NCBI GenBank assembly: GCA_964016885.1
Contig: OZ024760.1
Span: 26,412,001 to 26,476,000, forward strand
Direction: 5' to 3'
Origin: Eledone cirrhosa
Taxonomy: Eukaryota
DNA: 64,000 nt
The notes under the pieces were generated by a model. That model was not told the DNA's origin. It saw only the letters and a program-made list of their open reading frames with translations, and ran no database searches. Shown here piece by piece: positions 44,240 to 56,270 of the stretch (within the stretch, counting starts at the first letter, position 1; the number at the start of each line of letters is the position of its first letter). The position numbers and the translations under genes are program-made.

Positions 44240-44771
44240 CCACAGCAGATGTAAATATCAGTTGATATGCTAGCGGTCACGTGAGTTGTTTACTTCGATG
44301 ACTGGCAAACATGTGCTTGCCTGTCGCTGAAGTAAACAACTCATGTGACCGCTTATATATATATGTATATATATATATATATATATATAGTCGTTATATA
44401 TATATTAACCCACTCGATATGCAAATTGGGCTACTCAACCGTTAATATGCATAAGGTAAGTATATACGTTCAACAATCTGGCAGGAAGGTATACGTTGCT
44501 GACGTTAACTAATAAGCTTGAAATTAGTACAGCGTTCCTTTGTCAGTGTTGAACAAACGAGCAACGATGGTTGCTAGACACTACGGCTTAATACGGGATG
44601 TTTGTTTACAAACACACCGAGCATTATAATAAATGTTCGGTGAATCCATACGTACATATATATGTGTGTGCATGTATGTATATATATATACATACTACTG
44701 TACGTCTGTATACATATATGTATGTACGTGTACATACTTATATATATATAGAGATATTTATATATAAAGCC

Positions 44772-44862
<91 letters not shown>

Positions 44863-44913
44863 GTGGAGAAGTATATAAAGGAGAACAAACCGTTAAAACA
44901 TGTTTATTTAAAA

Positions 44914-44957
44914 CAGCACCAACGTATATTTCGCCCGAAAGGGCTTCTCAAGGGCAT
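44914..44957 (-). ncRNA. degenerate U3-A8 hammerhead-like motif
   Basis: Reverse complement: GCCC TTGAGAA GCCC-TTTC-GGGC GAAA TATACG TT GG, then AATAAA. Confidence 0.45.
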
Positions 44958-45195
44958 AAAAAACTATATATATAGTTCAAAATTGATCTCTCTGTGTACA
45001 CACGTTCATGAACAGTTCTCCACAATGTAAAGACTACAGGTTTAAACATGTACAGACCGTAATATACAGCTTTTTGTTTATCTCTCATTCTCTACGTCTT
45101 TTATATCACCTGTGTTTCCATGTGTACGTACTACTTTCTGTTTACAGCAAACCACGAATCAATGCATGGCCACCTCGAACGTCACCGGACGTTAA

Positions 45196-45555
45196 TCTTC
45201 TTCTTCTTCTTCTTCTTCTTCTTCTTCTTCTTCTTCTTCTTCTTCTTCTTCTTCTTCTTCTTCTTCTTCTTCTATTCCGGACAAGGTCGTGGGGGGCAGA
45301 GTCCTCAAACACACTTTCCAGCGGACCCACTCAGAAGCAACCGTCTCCAACTGATCCGGCTGGATCCCCAAGGGAGACCAGCCGAACTCATTGATGTGAT
45401 CCAACCATCTTCCTCGGGGTGGGTCTACCTCTGGTTCGATCTGCCCCTGGGTCTCCTGTGATTCTTTCCTGAGACATTCTAACCAAATGCCCATAGTATC
45501 AGAGCTGTGATCTCTCAATTCGGAGAAATAGCGGCTCTACTTGGAGTGACTCGTT
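45196..45555 (-). mobile_element. 3' fragment of an RTE-clade LINE (Expander/Rex3-like) with (GAA)n tail
   Basis: Manual translation [21 protein letters not shown]...RGRP / RWLDHINEFGWSPLGIQPDQLETVA...LP(P)RPCPE*, followed by ~25 GAA. Confidence 0.8.
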
Positions 45556-45695
45556 GATCGCTGAGCTACGCTTTCTATTGAGTAGTTTTATTTTTAAAAA
45601 AACCTTCGTAGGAACCCCATTTCGGACGCGATCGTTTTCTTTCAATAATTTTTTTTGTTTAAATTGTGTTGATTTATATACATATATATATATAC

Positions 45696-46058
<363 letters not shown>

Positions 46059-46270
46059 TTAAGCTCCGTTACCTACATAGAGCACTCTTTTTTCCTGGAC
46101 TTTTCCGACGGAATTACTTCATCTCTCTCTATATATATATCATTCCTTTTATTTTGATCATGCTTTATTTTTATTTTTATTTTTAATTTCATTCGCACCG
46201 TTTCCTTTCGCTATATGTCTCTCCACCACTCCCCTACACACACTTTGAACTCTGTTCCCACACACTTCTC

Positions 46271-46302
46271 ACCTGAGGAAGGGCTTATGCCCGAAACGTC
46301 GT
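46271..46302 (+). ncRNA. minimal hammerhead-like motif (extra A)
   Basis: AC CTGAGGA A GGGC-TTAT-GCCC GAAA CG TC GT; stem I is only 2 bp; AATAAA ~40 nt downstream. Confidence 0.5.
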
Positions 46303-46550
46303 TCTCCACCACCACCCCACTTTCCAGAGCGTGAAATTAATAAACATTCGTTGTACTGCCTCTCTGTTTTGTTCCTGTTCAAATTTTTCCATTATATATA
46401 TATATATATATATATATTCTTTTTTCTGTGATATCATACTCTGCTCTACGAGGGCATCGAGTACTGATACTGCCTACCGCATACGGACGCTTTAAGCAAC
46501 CAACACCAATTATATATATAAATATATATATATACACACACGCGCACACG

Positions 46551-46597
<47 letters not shown>

Positions 46598-46723
46598 GTA
46601 GGAGGTGAGTTTTATTGTAGTACAATAAAGCAATGCAGATATCGGATAAGAAGCACTCTACAGTTTGTAGGACTGGAGTATACATAATATATAAGATCAA
46701 AAGATGGTTAAATGAGTTCCATG

Positions 46724-46794
46724 TATTTTATTATGCGCATTTCAAAAACAAATATCATCATGCAATAATATTTGTGTTTTCATCAGATAAAATA
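46724..46794 (-). ncRNA. type I hammerhead ribozyme
   Basis: Reverse complement: TATTTTAT CTGATGA AAACACAAATATTATT-GCAT-GATGATATTTGTTTTT GAAA TGCGCA TA ATAAAATA. Confidence 0.8.
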
Positions 46795-46914
46795 GGAAGA
46801 CATGATATGAAGGTTAAAAACACTTGTGGATAGTGCAGTTGATTTAAAACATAGTATGTTGATTTAAAACTGCACTATTCACAAGTGTTTTTTAACCTTC
46901 ATATCATGTCTTCC

Positions 46915-46986
46915 TATTTTATCTGATGAAAACACAAATGTTATTGCATGATGATATTTGTTTTTTGAAATGCGCATAATAAAATA
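46915..46986 (+). ncRNA. type I hammerhead ribozyme
   Basis: TATTTTAT CTGATGA [long stem II] GAAA TGCGCA TA ATAAAATA; 8-bp stem I, palindrome ATGCGCAT. Confidence 0.8.
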
Positions 46987-47120
46987 CATGGAACTCTTTT
47001 AACCATCTGTTGATCTTATATATTATGTATACTCCAGTCCTACAAACTGTAGAGTGCTACTTATCCGATATCTGCATTGCTTTATTGTACTACAATAAAA
47101 CTCACCTCCTATATATATAT

Positions 47121-47726
47121 CGACGTGAGGTATATGATTTTTAATGCAATGAAATATCGATGATCGTCGGCAAATCACTGATGAGGGACTCATTTTATTA
47201 CATATTATCCATGTGCTACCTGCAGTATTTTTCTCTATATTTTATTACATATATTTACCACTGCGATTCTGTGTTTTTTTCTCTCTCTCTCTCTTACTGC
47301 TCCCCCAGTCTCTCTGTTTCTCCCCCTCTGTCATGTCAGTTAACTCTTCCTCACACTTTCACTCACTTACTGTTTCTCTTCTCTTCATTTCATCCTGTAC
47401 ACCACGAAGGCTATTTTTCTCTCTTCTCACATGGCCAGAGTTCGTGTCAGGTCTGTTTTCTAAAAGCTCATATATTCACCTAGCTTATGCTAAACAGAAT
47501 AATTTTGAAGCTTGTTTCTTTCCCCTACGGTTAGCTATACTCTGTGTTGTTCTCCTGTCTCACTCGCTTTACGCGTTTCAATTGTCCTAATAACTTATTT
47601 TGGTTATTATTGCACCGACGTGAGGTATATGATTTTTAATGCAATGAAATATCGATGATCGTCGGCAAATCACTGATGAGGGACTCATTTTATTACATGT
47701 TATCCATGTGCTACCTGCAGTATTTT

Positions 47727-47727
<1 letters not shown>
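47121..47727 (+). repeat. 495-bp unit present as ~1.2 copies (~110-bp direct terminal repeat) between TA runs
   Basis: CGACGTGAGGTATATGATTTTTAATGCAATG... at 47121 and 47616. Confidence 0.85.
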
Positions 47728-47762
<35 letters not shown>

Positions 47763-48140
47763 AATTCAAATATTAACAAAATAGATATTCTTGTGATCAA
47801 TTAAATGTTACTATACATATTAATATGTATTATACATATTAATATGTATTATACATATTAATATTATTAATATGTATAATAAAATTTAATTGATGACAAG
47901 AATATCTATTTTGTTAATATTTGAATTAATATTAATAACTCTGGAAAATATCCCCTGTAGAGTGCTTACAATCTACTGTAAAACTCATTCTTTGATGTAC
48001 TCATTGAATCTCGTTTAACTCTTTAATATATATATATATTATATATTATATATAACTATAATATATATATATATATAATTAAAAACTGTCATGACTAAAT
48101 TATAACCATCAACATAGTCAAGGTATGTCAGGCATCAACT

Positions 48141-48206
48141 TATTTTATCTGATGAGGACGTACTGTTGAAATAGCTCAGTGTCTCTGAAATATGTATAAT
48201 AAAATA
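48141..48206 (+). ncRNA. type I hammerhead ribozyme, degenerate stem II
   Basis: TATTTTAT CTGATGA GGAC...GTCTCT GAAA TATGTA TA ATAAAATA. Confidence 0.65.
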
Positions 48207-48254
48207 TATTTGATCACATGAATGTCTATATTTATTAATATTTTTGAAGTAATT

Positions 48255-48285
<31 letters not shown>

Positions 48286-48329
48286 AAGTTAAATAAAAGT
48301 CAAATGATTAAAATTTAGCTTCGTTTATT

Positions 48330-48384
48330 ACTGCTATATATATTTCAGTGACAGCCATCTTTGGCTGTGACCTCTTCAGGCAGT
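48330..48384 (-). ncRNA. type I hammerhead ribozyme
   Basis: Reverse complement: ACTGC CTGAAGA GGTCACAGCCA-AAGA-TGGCTGTCACT GAAA TATATA TA GCAGT AATAAA. Confidence 0.8.
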
Positions 48385-48495
48385 TTGAATTAGTATGGTA
48401 TAGACAAGTACATATGTTGTTTAGGTGTATAATATTGTCAATACTCTGATATGCCCAGTTCCTTGTTGGGTTGTTAATTCACTGAGGAACTGGAG

Positions 48496-48535
<40 letters not shown>

Positions 48536-48769
48536 TTAGAAACACACAGATACATGCGGACACCCACATATATACATGAATGCATCCGCACCCAACTGTG
48601 AGTTAAGGGTGCCAACTTCACCGATGTTGCTCAATGAATGACTGGGACAGACCAATTCAGTTTGAACCAGACTGAACCAGTATCAGAGTTAAAAATACAT
48701 TATGAAGAGAGAAGAAACATTTAGATATAATTAGTAATAAAATGTATCATACCTAAACTGTTCCTAAAT

Positions 48770-48857
48770 TCCTCGACTACGTAGTTTCGTGGCATAAACA
48801 AAAACAATATATCAAAGATATAGAGTCCTTGCGAGGTCTGCCGACTTATCAAGAGGA
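48770..48857 (-). ncRNA. U3-A8 variant type I hammerhead ribozyme (copy 1)
   Basis: Reverse complement of the motif at 49304-49391. Confidence 0.75.
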
Positions 48858-49303
48858 TACCTCATTTTACTAGTCTCAAGAACGCGTCTACACGACGTGA
48901 GAAAGAATCCCAAAAGGCGGAGGGGGAGATAGTCACGCGATATAACGGTCGAGAAACAGAGCTAAGCCTCTTATAACCACGAAAAAAATACCACGGAGGC
49001 GGAGGGGGTATTCATATCGAGGCCGTAGAAGAGGTAGTGAAGAAGGCGAGAAGTATGAGTAATGGAAGCTTTCCAGTTGTCCCCACACTTCAAAGATTGC
49101 TCGACCAGAGGGAGTTATTAATACATTTAGAAACACACAGATACATGCGGACACACACATATATACATGAATGCATCCGCACCCAACTGTGAGGCTTAGC
49201 TCTGTTTCTCGACCGTTATATCGCGTGACTATCTCCCCCTCCGCCTTTTGGGATTCTTTCTCACGTCGTGTAGACGCGTTCTTGAGACTAGTAAAATGAG
49301 GTA

Positions 49304-49391
49304 TCCTCTTGATAAGTCGGCAGACCTCGCAAGGACTCTATATCTTTGATATATTGTTTTTGTTTATGCCACGAAACTACGTAGTCGAGGA
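49304..49391 (+). ncRNA. U3-A8 variant type I hammerhead ribozyme (copy 2)
   Basis: TCCTC TTGATAA GTCGGCA[44 nt]TGCCAC GAAA CTACGTAG TC GAGGA; predicted cleavage after C49386. Confidence 0.75.
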
Positions 49392-49894
49392 ATTTAGGAA
49401 CAGTTTAGGTATGATACATTTTATTACTAATTATATCTAAATGTTTCTTCTCTCTTCATAATGTATTTTTAACTCTGATACTGGTTCAGTCTGGTTCAAA
49501 CTGAATTGGTCTGTCCCAGTCATTCATTGAGCAACATCGGTGAAGTTGGCACCCTTAACTCACAGTTGGGTGCGGATGCATTCATGTATATATGTGTGTG
49601 TCCGCATGTATCTGTGTGTTTCTAAATGTATTAATAACTCCCTCTGTTCGAGCAATCTTTGAAGTGTGGGGACAACTGGAAAGCTTCCATTACTCATACT
49701 TCTCGCCTTCTTCACTACCTCTTCTACGGCCTCGATATGAATACCCCCTCCGCCTCCGTGGTATTTTTTTCGTGGTTATAAGAGGCTTAGCTCTGTTTCT
49801 CGACCGTTATATCGCGTGACTATCTCCCCCTCCGCCTTTTGGGATTCTTTCTCACGTCGTGTAGACGCGTTCTTGAGACTAGTAAAATGAGGTA

Positions 49895-49982
49895 TCCTCT
49901 TGATAAGTCGGCAGACCTCGCAAGGACTCTATATCTTTGATATATTGTTTTTGTTTATGCCACGAAACTACGTAGTCGAGGA
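49895..49982 (+). ncRNA. U3-A8 variant type I hammerhead ribozyme (copy 3)
   Basis: Same motif 591 nt downstream; predicted cleavage after C49977. Confidence 0.75.
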
Positions 49983-50048
49983 ATTTAGGAACAGTTTAGG
50001 TATGATACATTTTATTACTAATTATATCTAAATGTTTCTTCTCTCTTC

Positions 50049-50122
<74 letters not shown>

Positions 50123-50424
50123 TAAATATATATGTATCTACATACAAACCACCACCGACCGTCACACCACCACTCATACTATTTCAACATTTCAAAATAC
50201 TAAACATGTAAAATGAAGATTTATCGCGTCATACGCCACATGTTAACATGTTCTTATTTAATGTAGTACAACCTTAATGAATTGCAGTTACATTCTAGCA
50301 AGCTTTCCATGGTTCGACGCTCTTCCATTCACAAGCAGACGACACTTATCAAACCAACCGCCATTTATAAAACAACAAACAACTTGTTGCCATTTGAAGA
50401 ATGTGTTTGTTATGTTCCTGTCTG

Positions 50425-51090
50425 TTTGTTGTTGTTGTTGGTGGTGGTGGTGGTGGCGGGGGTAGTGGTGTTGTTGTTTTTGGTGGTGGGGGAAGTGGTG
50501 GTTTGTTGTTGTTGTTGGTGGTGGTAGCGGGGGTAGTGGTGGTGGTAGTGATGGTGGTGTTGGTGGTGGTGGTGGAGGTGGTGGAGGTGGTGGTCGAGGT
50601 GGTGGTGGTGGTGGAGGTGTTGGTGGTGGTGGTGGCGGTGGTAGTGGTGGTGTTGTTGTTGGTGGTGGTGGCGGTGGTAGTCGTGGTGTTGTTGCTGTTG
50701 GTGGTGGTGTTGTTGGTGGTGTTGTTGTTGTTGTTGGTGGTGCCGGTGGTAGTGCTGTTGTTGTTGTTGTTAGCGGTGGTAGTGGTGGTGTTGTTGTTGT
50801 TGGTGGTGTTGTTGTTGTTGGTGGTGGTGGTGTTGTTGGTGGTGTTGTTGTTGGTGGTGTTGTTGGTGGTGGTGGTGTTGTTGGTGGTGTTGTTGTTGGT
50901 GGTGGTGGTAGTGGTGGTGTTGTTGTTGTGGTTGGTGGTGGTGGTGGGTTTCTTGTTGTTGGTAGTGATGGTGTTGGTGGTGTTGTTGGTGATGGTGTTG
51001 TTTTTGTTGTTGTGGTGGTGCTGCTGGTAGTGTTGCTGTTGTTGTTGTTAGTGGTGGTTCTGTTGTTGTTGTTTTTGTTGTTGTTGGTTA
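50425..51090. repeat. (GGT/GTT)n degenerate microsatellite
   Basis: Direct reading. Confidence 0.9.
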
Positions 51091-51246
51091 TTTTTTCTTC
51101 TTTTTTTCTATCTTTTAATTTTTAACATATTTGAATTGTATTATGTCTGTTTTTTTCGAACCTTCTCTCTCTCTTCCTCACTTACTGCCTCTCTCTCTCT
51201 CTCTTCCTTACTCTCTTACTTTCTTTCTCGTTCTCTGTGTCTATAT

Positions 51247-51339
<93 letters not shown>

Positions 51340-51412
51340 AATAAATATTTAAACACAGAAACATAGTCGATAGTACTTTGGTTGGATAGCATCATTTTTA
51401 GATTATATATGC

Positions 51413-51507
<95 letters not shown>

Positions 51508-51920
51508 GGGCTTTTAAATGAATTACATATGAATATAGAAAGATACAAAATAGAATTTCATATGACAGCAAATGTTAATATTCGGTCAACCGCTAACTTT
51601 AAGAATTCTCTTTCATATAACAATTTAATGGATGTGTGTGTGTGTGTGTGTGTGTGTATGGGTAATACGATATAATATTATGCATATATATATATATATA
51701 TACATATAAATATATATATATATAAATGTATATATATAGATATATTTATAAATATATATAATATATATATATATATATTATATATATTTATATATATATA
51801 TATATATATAATATATATATTTATAATATATATATATATGTATATACATATAAATATATATATAAATTTATATAATATATATATATATACATATAAATAT
51901 ATATACATATATAAATATAT

Positions 51921-51977
<57 letters not shown>

Positions 51978-52029
51978 TATATTATATATATATATATACA
52001 ATATATATATATATATACATATATATTAT

Positions 52030-52061
<32 letters not shown>

Positions 52062-52148
52062 CATATATAAATATATATATATATACATATATAAATATAT
52101 ATATATAATATATATATAAATATATATATATAATATATATATATATAT

Positions 52149-52248
<100 letters not shown>

Positions 52249-52272
52249 TAAATATATATATATATATATAAT

Positions 52273-52308
<36 letters not shown>

Positions 52309-52349
52309 CGAAACATAAGTCAGTTGCATGAACTCATAATCCTTTATTT

Positions 52350-52405
52350 ACTGCTATATATATTTCGATGATAGCCATTGAATGGCTATGACCTCATCAG
52401 GCAGT
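52350..52405 (-). ncRNA. type I hammerhead ribozyme
   Basis: Reverse complement: ACTGC CTGATGA GGTCATAGCCATT-C-AATGGCTATCATC GAAA TATATA TA GCAGT AAATAAA. Confidence 0.8.
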
Positions 52406-52492
52406 TAGTCAGTTCTTAGATATGCCAGCTGTGTGTTTATAGTGTTGATGGTATTAGAGCCTTGGGACATATGAATATATATATATATATAC

Positions 52493-52554
<62 letters not shown>

Positions 52555-52556
<2 letters not shown>

Positions 52557-53139
52557 AAGGCCGGTAAAATTCCCGAGATCCATGGACGAGTTCTCTCCAG
52601 CGGTCTCTGTCCATCATTATCGCTGCCATGTCCTGCGTCTCCAACAGACCGGTGTCTGTCCTTAGGGCATCAACATACGTTAACCTTGGTCTTCCTCTTC
52701 CAGTGTGTCCATGTAGGGGATCACTAATATAGGCGGGAAGCCGCTAGAATTGGTTGAGGACTTCCTGTATTTGGGAGCAAAGATTGGGAATACGGAAGAT
52801 GATGTGGTTGAGAGGAAGAGCAAAGCCTGGGCTGCGTGCCACAGCTTGAGATCGGTGTGGAACTCGGACCTTCGTAAAGACCTGAAAATCCGCCTCTTCA
52901 TTGCTATAGTGGAGTCTGTGCTATTGTACGGGTCTGAGACTTGGATACTGACCAAGAAACTCACTCAGATGGTGGATGGGTGCTACACGAGAATGCTGAG
53001 TATGGCTCTGAACATTAATCAGTATACACTGAGGATGAAAAACTCAGAGCTGTATGGGAGCCTCCCAAATGTCAGCTCAAAAGTGACACAGAGGAGACTG
53101 AGGTTAGCTGGACATGCTCACCGACATCCAGAGTTGACA
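52555..53139 (-). mobile_element. 5'-truncated, 5'-inverted RTE-clade LINE fragment
   Basis: Plus strand 52720-53139 encodes VEDFLYLG...IVESVLLYGSETW...RRLRLAGHAHRHPEL. Minus strand 52722-52555 encodes the continuation DPLHGHTGRGRPRLTYVDAL...MDRDRWR...*, then (TA)n. Confidence 0.85.
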
Positions 53140-53510
53140 TGAGTTAAGGCTCTATTAATTTTTTCCTGGATTTCACTAAATTCTGTTGGATAAATCTATA
53201 TCCGGATTCTTTTTGAATTGAGTTTGAATTATTTTTCCCACATCTTACGTTAACTATTTTCCCATTTTGACGCTATAGTCACTTATATATTATGGAATAC
53301 TGTTGGCTTCTTGCTACAATACTTTCTATACCTTTCATTTATATATACATATATATATAAATATATATATATACATATATTCAACGGTTTATATATACAT
53401 ATATATATATATATATAAATATGTATATATACTGGCATCACCAAAAAATGGATACACACTTTGATTACCTACACAGACAATATTTATTAGAATGCTGTTG
53501 AAATGTATAT

Positions 53511-53636
<126 letters not shown>

Positions 53637-53826
53637 GAGATCAATATCCCCACAGGTTCTAAGTACCCCTGGAAATATACAGGGTGCCTGATACAGTGGT
53701 TGTTCTATAGTATTAATTTTACATACCAGAACTATAAAATTGAGATAAGCGGAGCAAGCAAGATACAAACAATTTTTTTAAAATAAACTAAAAAATATAA
53801 TTTAAATATTCACCTATTCCTTTTGA

Positions 53827-53902
53827 TTTTACCGACAGTTTCACCTCACAAAAGATTGGAAATCCTAGGGACTTCCAATGGAAATTTTCGGATCTTCAGA
53901 AA
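53827..53902 (-). ncRNA. type I hammerhead ribozyme (intact core, short stem I)
   Basis: Reverse complement: TTT CTGAAGA TCC...GGT GAAA CTGTCGG TA AAA. Confidence 0.6.
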
Positions 53903-54278
53903 GTATTTTCAAAAAAAAAAATTGTTTGTATCTTGCTCGCTCCGCTTATCTCAATTTTATAGTTCTGGTATGTCAAATTAATACCATAGAACAACCACTG
54001 TACCATAGACACCCTGTATATTTCCAGAGGTACTTAGAGCCTGTGGGGATATTGATCTCCTTTTTATATGTTCTCCGTTATGTAGAGAACAAATCCGTTG
54101 CTTTATTTAGCTGTTATTTTTAGTGGCGGGATAGACAACACGTCTATGTTTACTTCCGCTTCTGCTAAGGGCTGGTTCATGCATAGGTTAAGTTTACGAC
54201 CTCATTCGACCCTGTACTAGCCCGCAGATGGCAATGTATTTTGCTGTTTCTGGGACTTTACGTCCTAGGTAGGGAAAA

Positions 54279-54360
54279 TGCTTTCTAAAGATCCGAACAT
54301 TTCCATTGGAAATCCCTAGTATCTCCAATCTTTCGTGAGGTGAAACCGTCGGTAAAAGCA
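54279..54360 (+). ncRNA. type I hammerhead ribozyme (G5A core mutation)
   Basis: TGCTTT CTAAAGA TCC...GGT GAAA CCGTCGG TA AAAGCA. Confidence 0.6.
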
Positions 54361-54443
54361 ATAGGAATAGGTGAATATTTAAATTATATTTTTTAATTTA
54401 TTAAAAAAAAAATTGTTTTAATCTTGCTTGCTCCGCTTATCTC

Positions 54444-54540
<97 letters not shown>

Positions 54541-54544
54541 AATA

Positions 54545-54728
54545 ATTGTCTCTACTTTTGGCACACGGCCAGCAATTACCCAGTACATTACTGGTACTTT
54601 ATTTTATCGACCCCGTAAGGATGAAAGACAAAGTTAACCTCGGTAGGATTTGAACTCAGATCATAAAGGGCCATAACTCTATGCTGCAAAGCATGGTGTC
54701 TGACGCTCTACCGATACTGCCAATCCAA
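54545..54728 (-). mobile_element. tRNA-derived SINE
   Basis: Same family as 15866-16055; flanked by (AAT)n. Confidence 0.85.
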
Positions 54729-54729
54729 A

Positions 54730-54769
<40 letters not shown>

Positions 54770-55110
54770 TTTATATTTATATATACACTATATACAACTA
54801 TAAACAGGAAAGGTCAGTAACTCATTACTACCTTATTACCAGCAAGAAATATAGCTCAATGTGCCTCTTTAATTATTATACAATTCTCTTGTAATCTCTG
54901 TCACATCCATTCCACTCTGTAAATACGAAACTGTTGATGACAACATTAATATCCATCTATCTATAGGATTGTTCAGTTGAATAGGAAGTTAATTATATGT
55001 CCAAACTTTGCTAGTACTCCGATGATTCCAAACGAAAGATTGGAAGAAACGATTGTCAGCAATAAAATGATTTGTTGAACATAGTTTTGATGATTATTGT
55101 GTAATTTATA

Positions 55111-55159
<49 letters not shown>

Positions 55160-55164
55160 AAAAG

Positions 55165-56262
55165 AGTCAGTGCTCAAGGCGGCCGGCTTCGGTACCATCT
55201 TCAGAGGTTGGATAGCTGCCATGTACTGTTCCATCCGTCAAGGATGTACTCTCTCCTCCATTCTGTATGTACTGATTCTGGAGTCAGTGCTGCGGAAGTT
55301 GGAGCTGTTGCAGGGCATCCCGAAGGAACCAGGGCTGCGAAAAGCAGCGTCAACATTCGATAGGGGATTATTGGAGGATAAGTGCGACGACGTTCTCGGG
55401 GAAACTCTAGGCATCGTGGAGGACAAACTGGCCAGTCTGTTCGGGAGGATTTTCCGTCCAGGACCTATGGAAAACTTCCAGATGTCTCCAGTCTGACAGT
55501 GCTACCGAGGAGCTCTACAAGTTCGAGACAAAATCTACAGGCACGGACACCCTGGCAGAGATCCTGCCAAAAGGATGTGTCCAAGATGCGAGCAGGACAT
55601 TGAAACCGTTCTGCACGTAATTGTTCAGTGCCCAGAGGTGACCGGCCTGGTGGAATTATGTCGAGCAGCTACTGTCACGTGTGAGACAAATCCTGTTGTC
55701 AGCCGAGTCTATCGTGAGGATCACTCCGCCGCCTTCATTTAACAATGAAAGAGAGGCGGTTTTCCACTGTCTGGTGGCTATGGCGAAAGAGGTAATATGG
55801 TGGACGAGGTTAAAAGGACTGAGGACAAACACCTTCCTCTCCGGACAACAACTTATCCCCTTCTTTAAATAGCACTTCAGGAGGAAGGTGAGAGTGAAGA
55901 GAGAGATGCTACACCCCAGTAAATTCGCTGAAAGGTGGGTGAATGTGGCGAAAATGGCCCGAGTGAAAGGGCCTTCTCTGTATATAAATCTGTAGGTTGA
56001 GGAAGATAAACAGAGAGAAGACGGAAACACCTACAAACCTGTTCCTGGTGTTGAGGGTTTTTCTATCCATGGGGTGTAAAACAACCCCGCAGTAACGTTC
56101 ACCCCTAATGGGGATTTCGATTGTTTTATTTTATTTTATATATAGTTTATTGCTATTCATTATTGTTAAAGATTTTATGTAAAACCCCCACCGTCACGTC
56201 TTGTAATGTCCCATTTTTGTACGCCTCTGTGGCAAATAAAGAAAGATATCTATCTATCTATG
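55165..56262 (+). pseudogene. degenerate 5'-truncated copy of the Tx1-like LINE (RT fragment, C-terminal Zn finger, 3' UTR)
   Basis: VLKAAGFGTIFRGWIAAMY..SIRQGCTLSSILYVL parallels ORF2 at ~60340; internal deletions and stops; AATAAA then (TATC)n. Confidence 0.9.
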
Positions 56263-56270
56263 TAACTAGC

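Larger units (their letters stand above)
46599..47111. repeat. ~240-bp-arm inverted repeat with a hammerhead in each arm
   Basis: Arms 46599-46840 and 46868-47111; both outer ends abut TA repeats. Confidence 0.9.
48532..50053. mobile_element. retrozyme-like element: 591-nt HHR-containing unit, ~1.1 copies (minus) joined head-to-head to ~1.5 copies (plus), in (TA)n
   Basis: Period 591 measured at 48532/49123, 49191/49782 and 49386/49977; copies are nearly identical; GAG microhomology at the 49191-49193 junction. Confidence 0.8.

Noticed and set aside
48933-49819. Duplicated 75-aa ORFs
   Set aside because: Non-ATG start and no recognisable motif; they reflect the duplication of the 591-nt unit, though coding on a circular RNA is not strictly excluded.
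52455-53155. 9-bp inverted match TAGAGCCTT/AAGGCTCTA around the RTE fragment
   Set aside because: Too short, and inverted rather than direct, so not a TSD.
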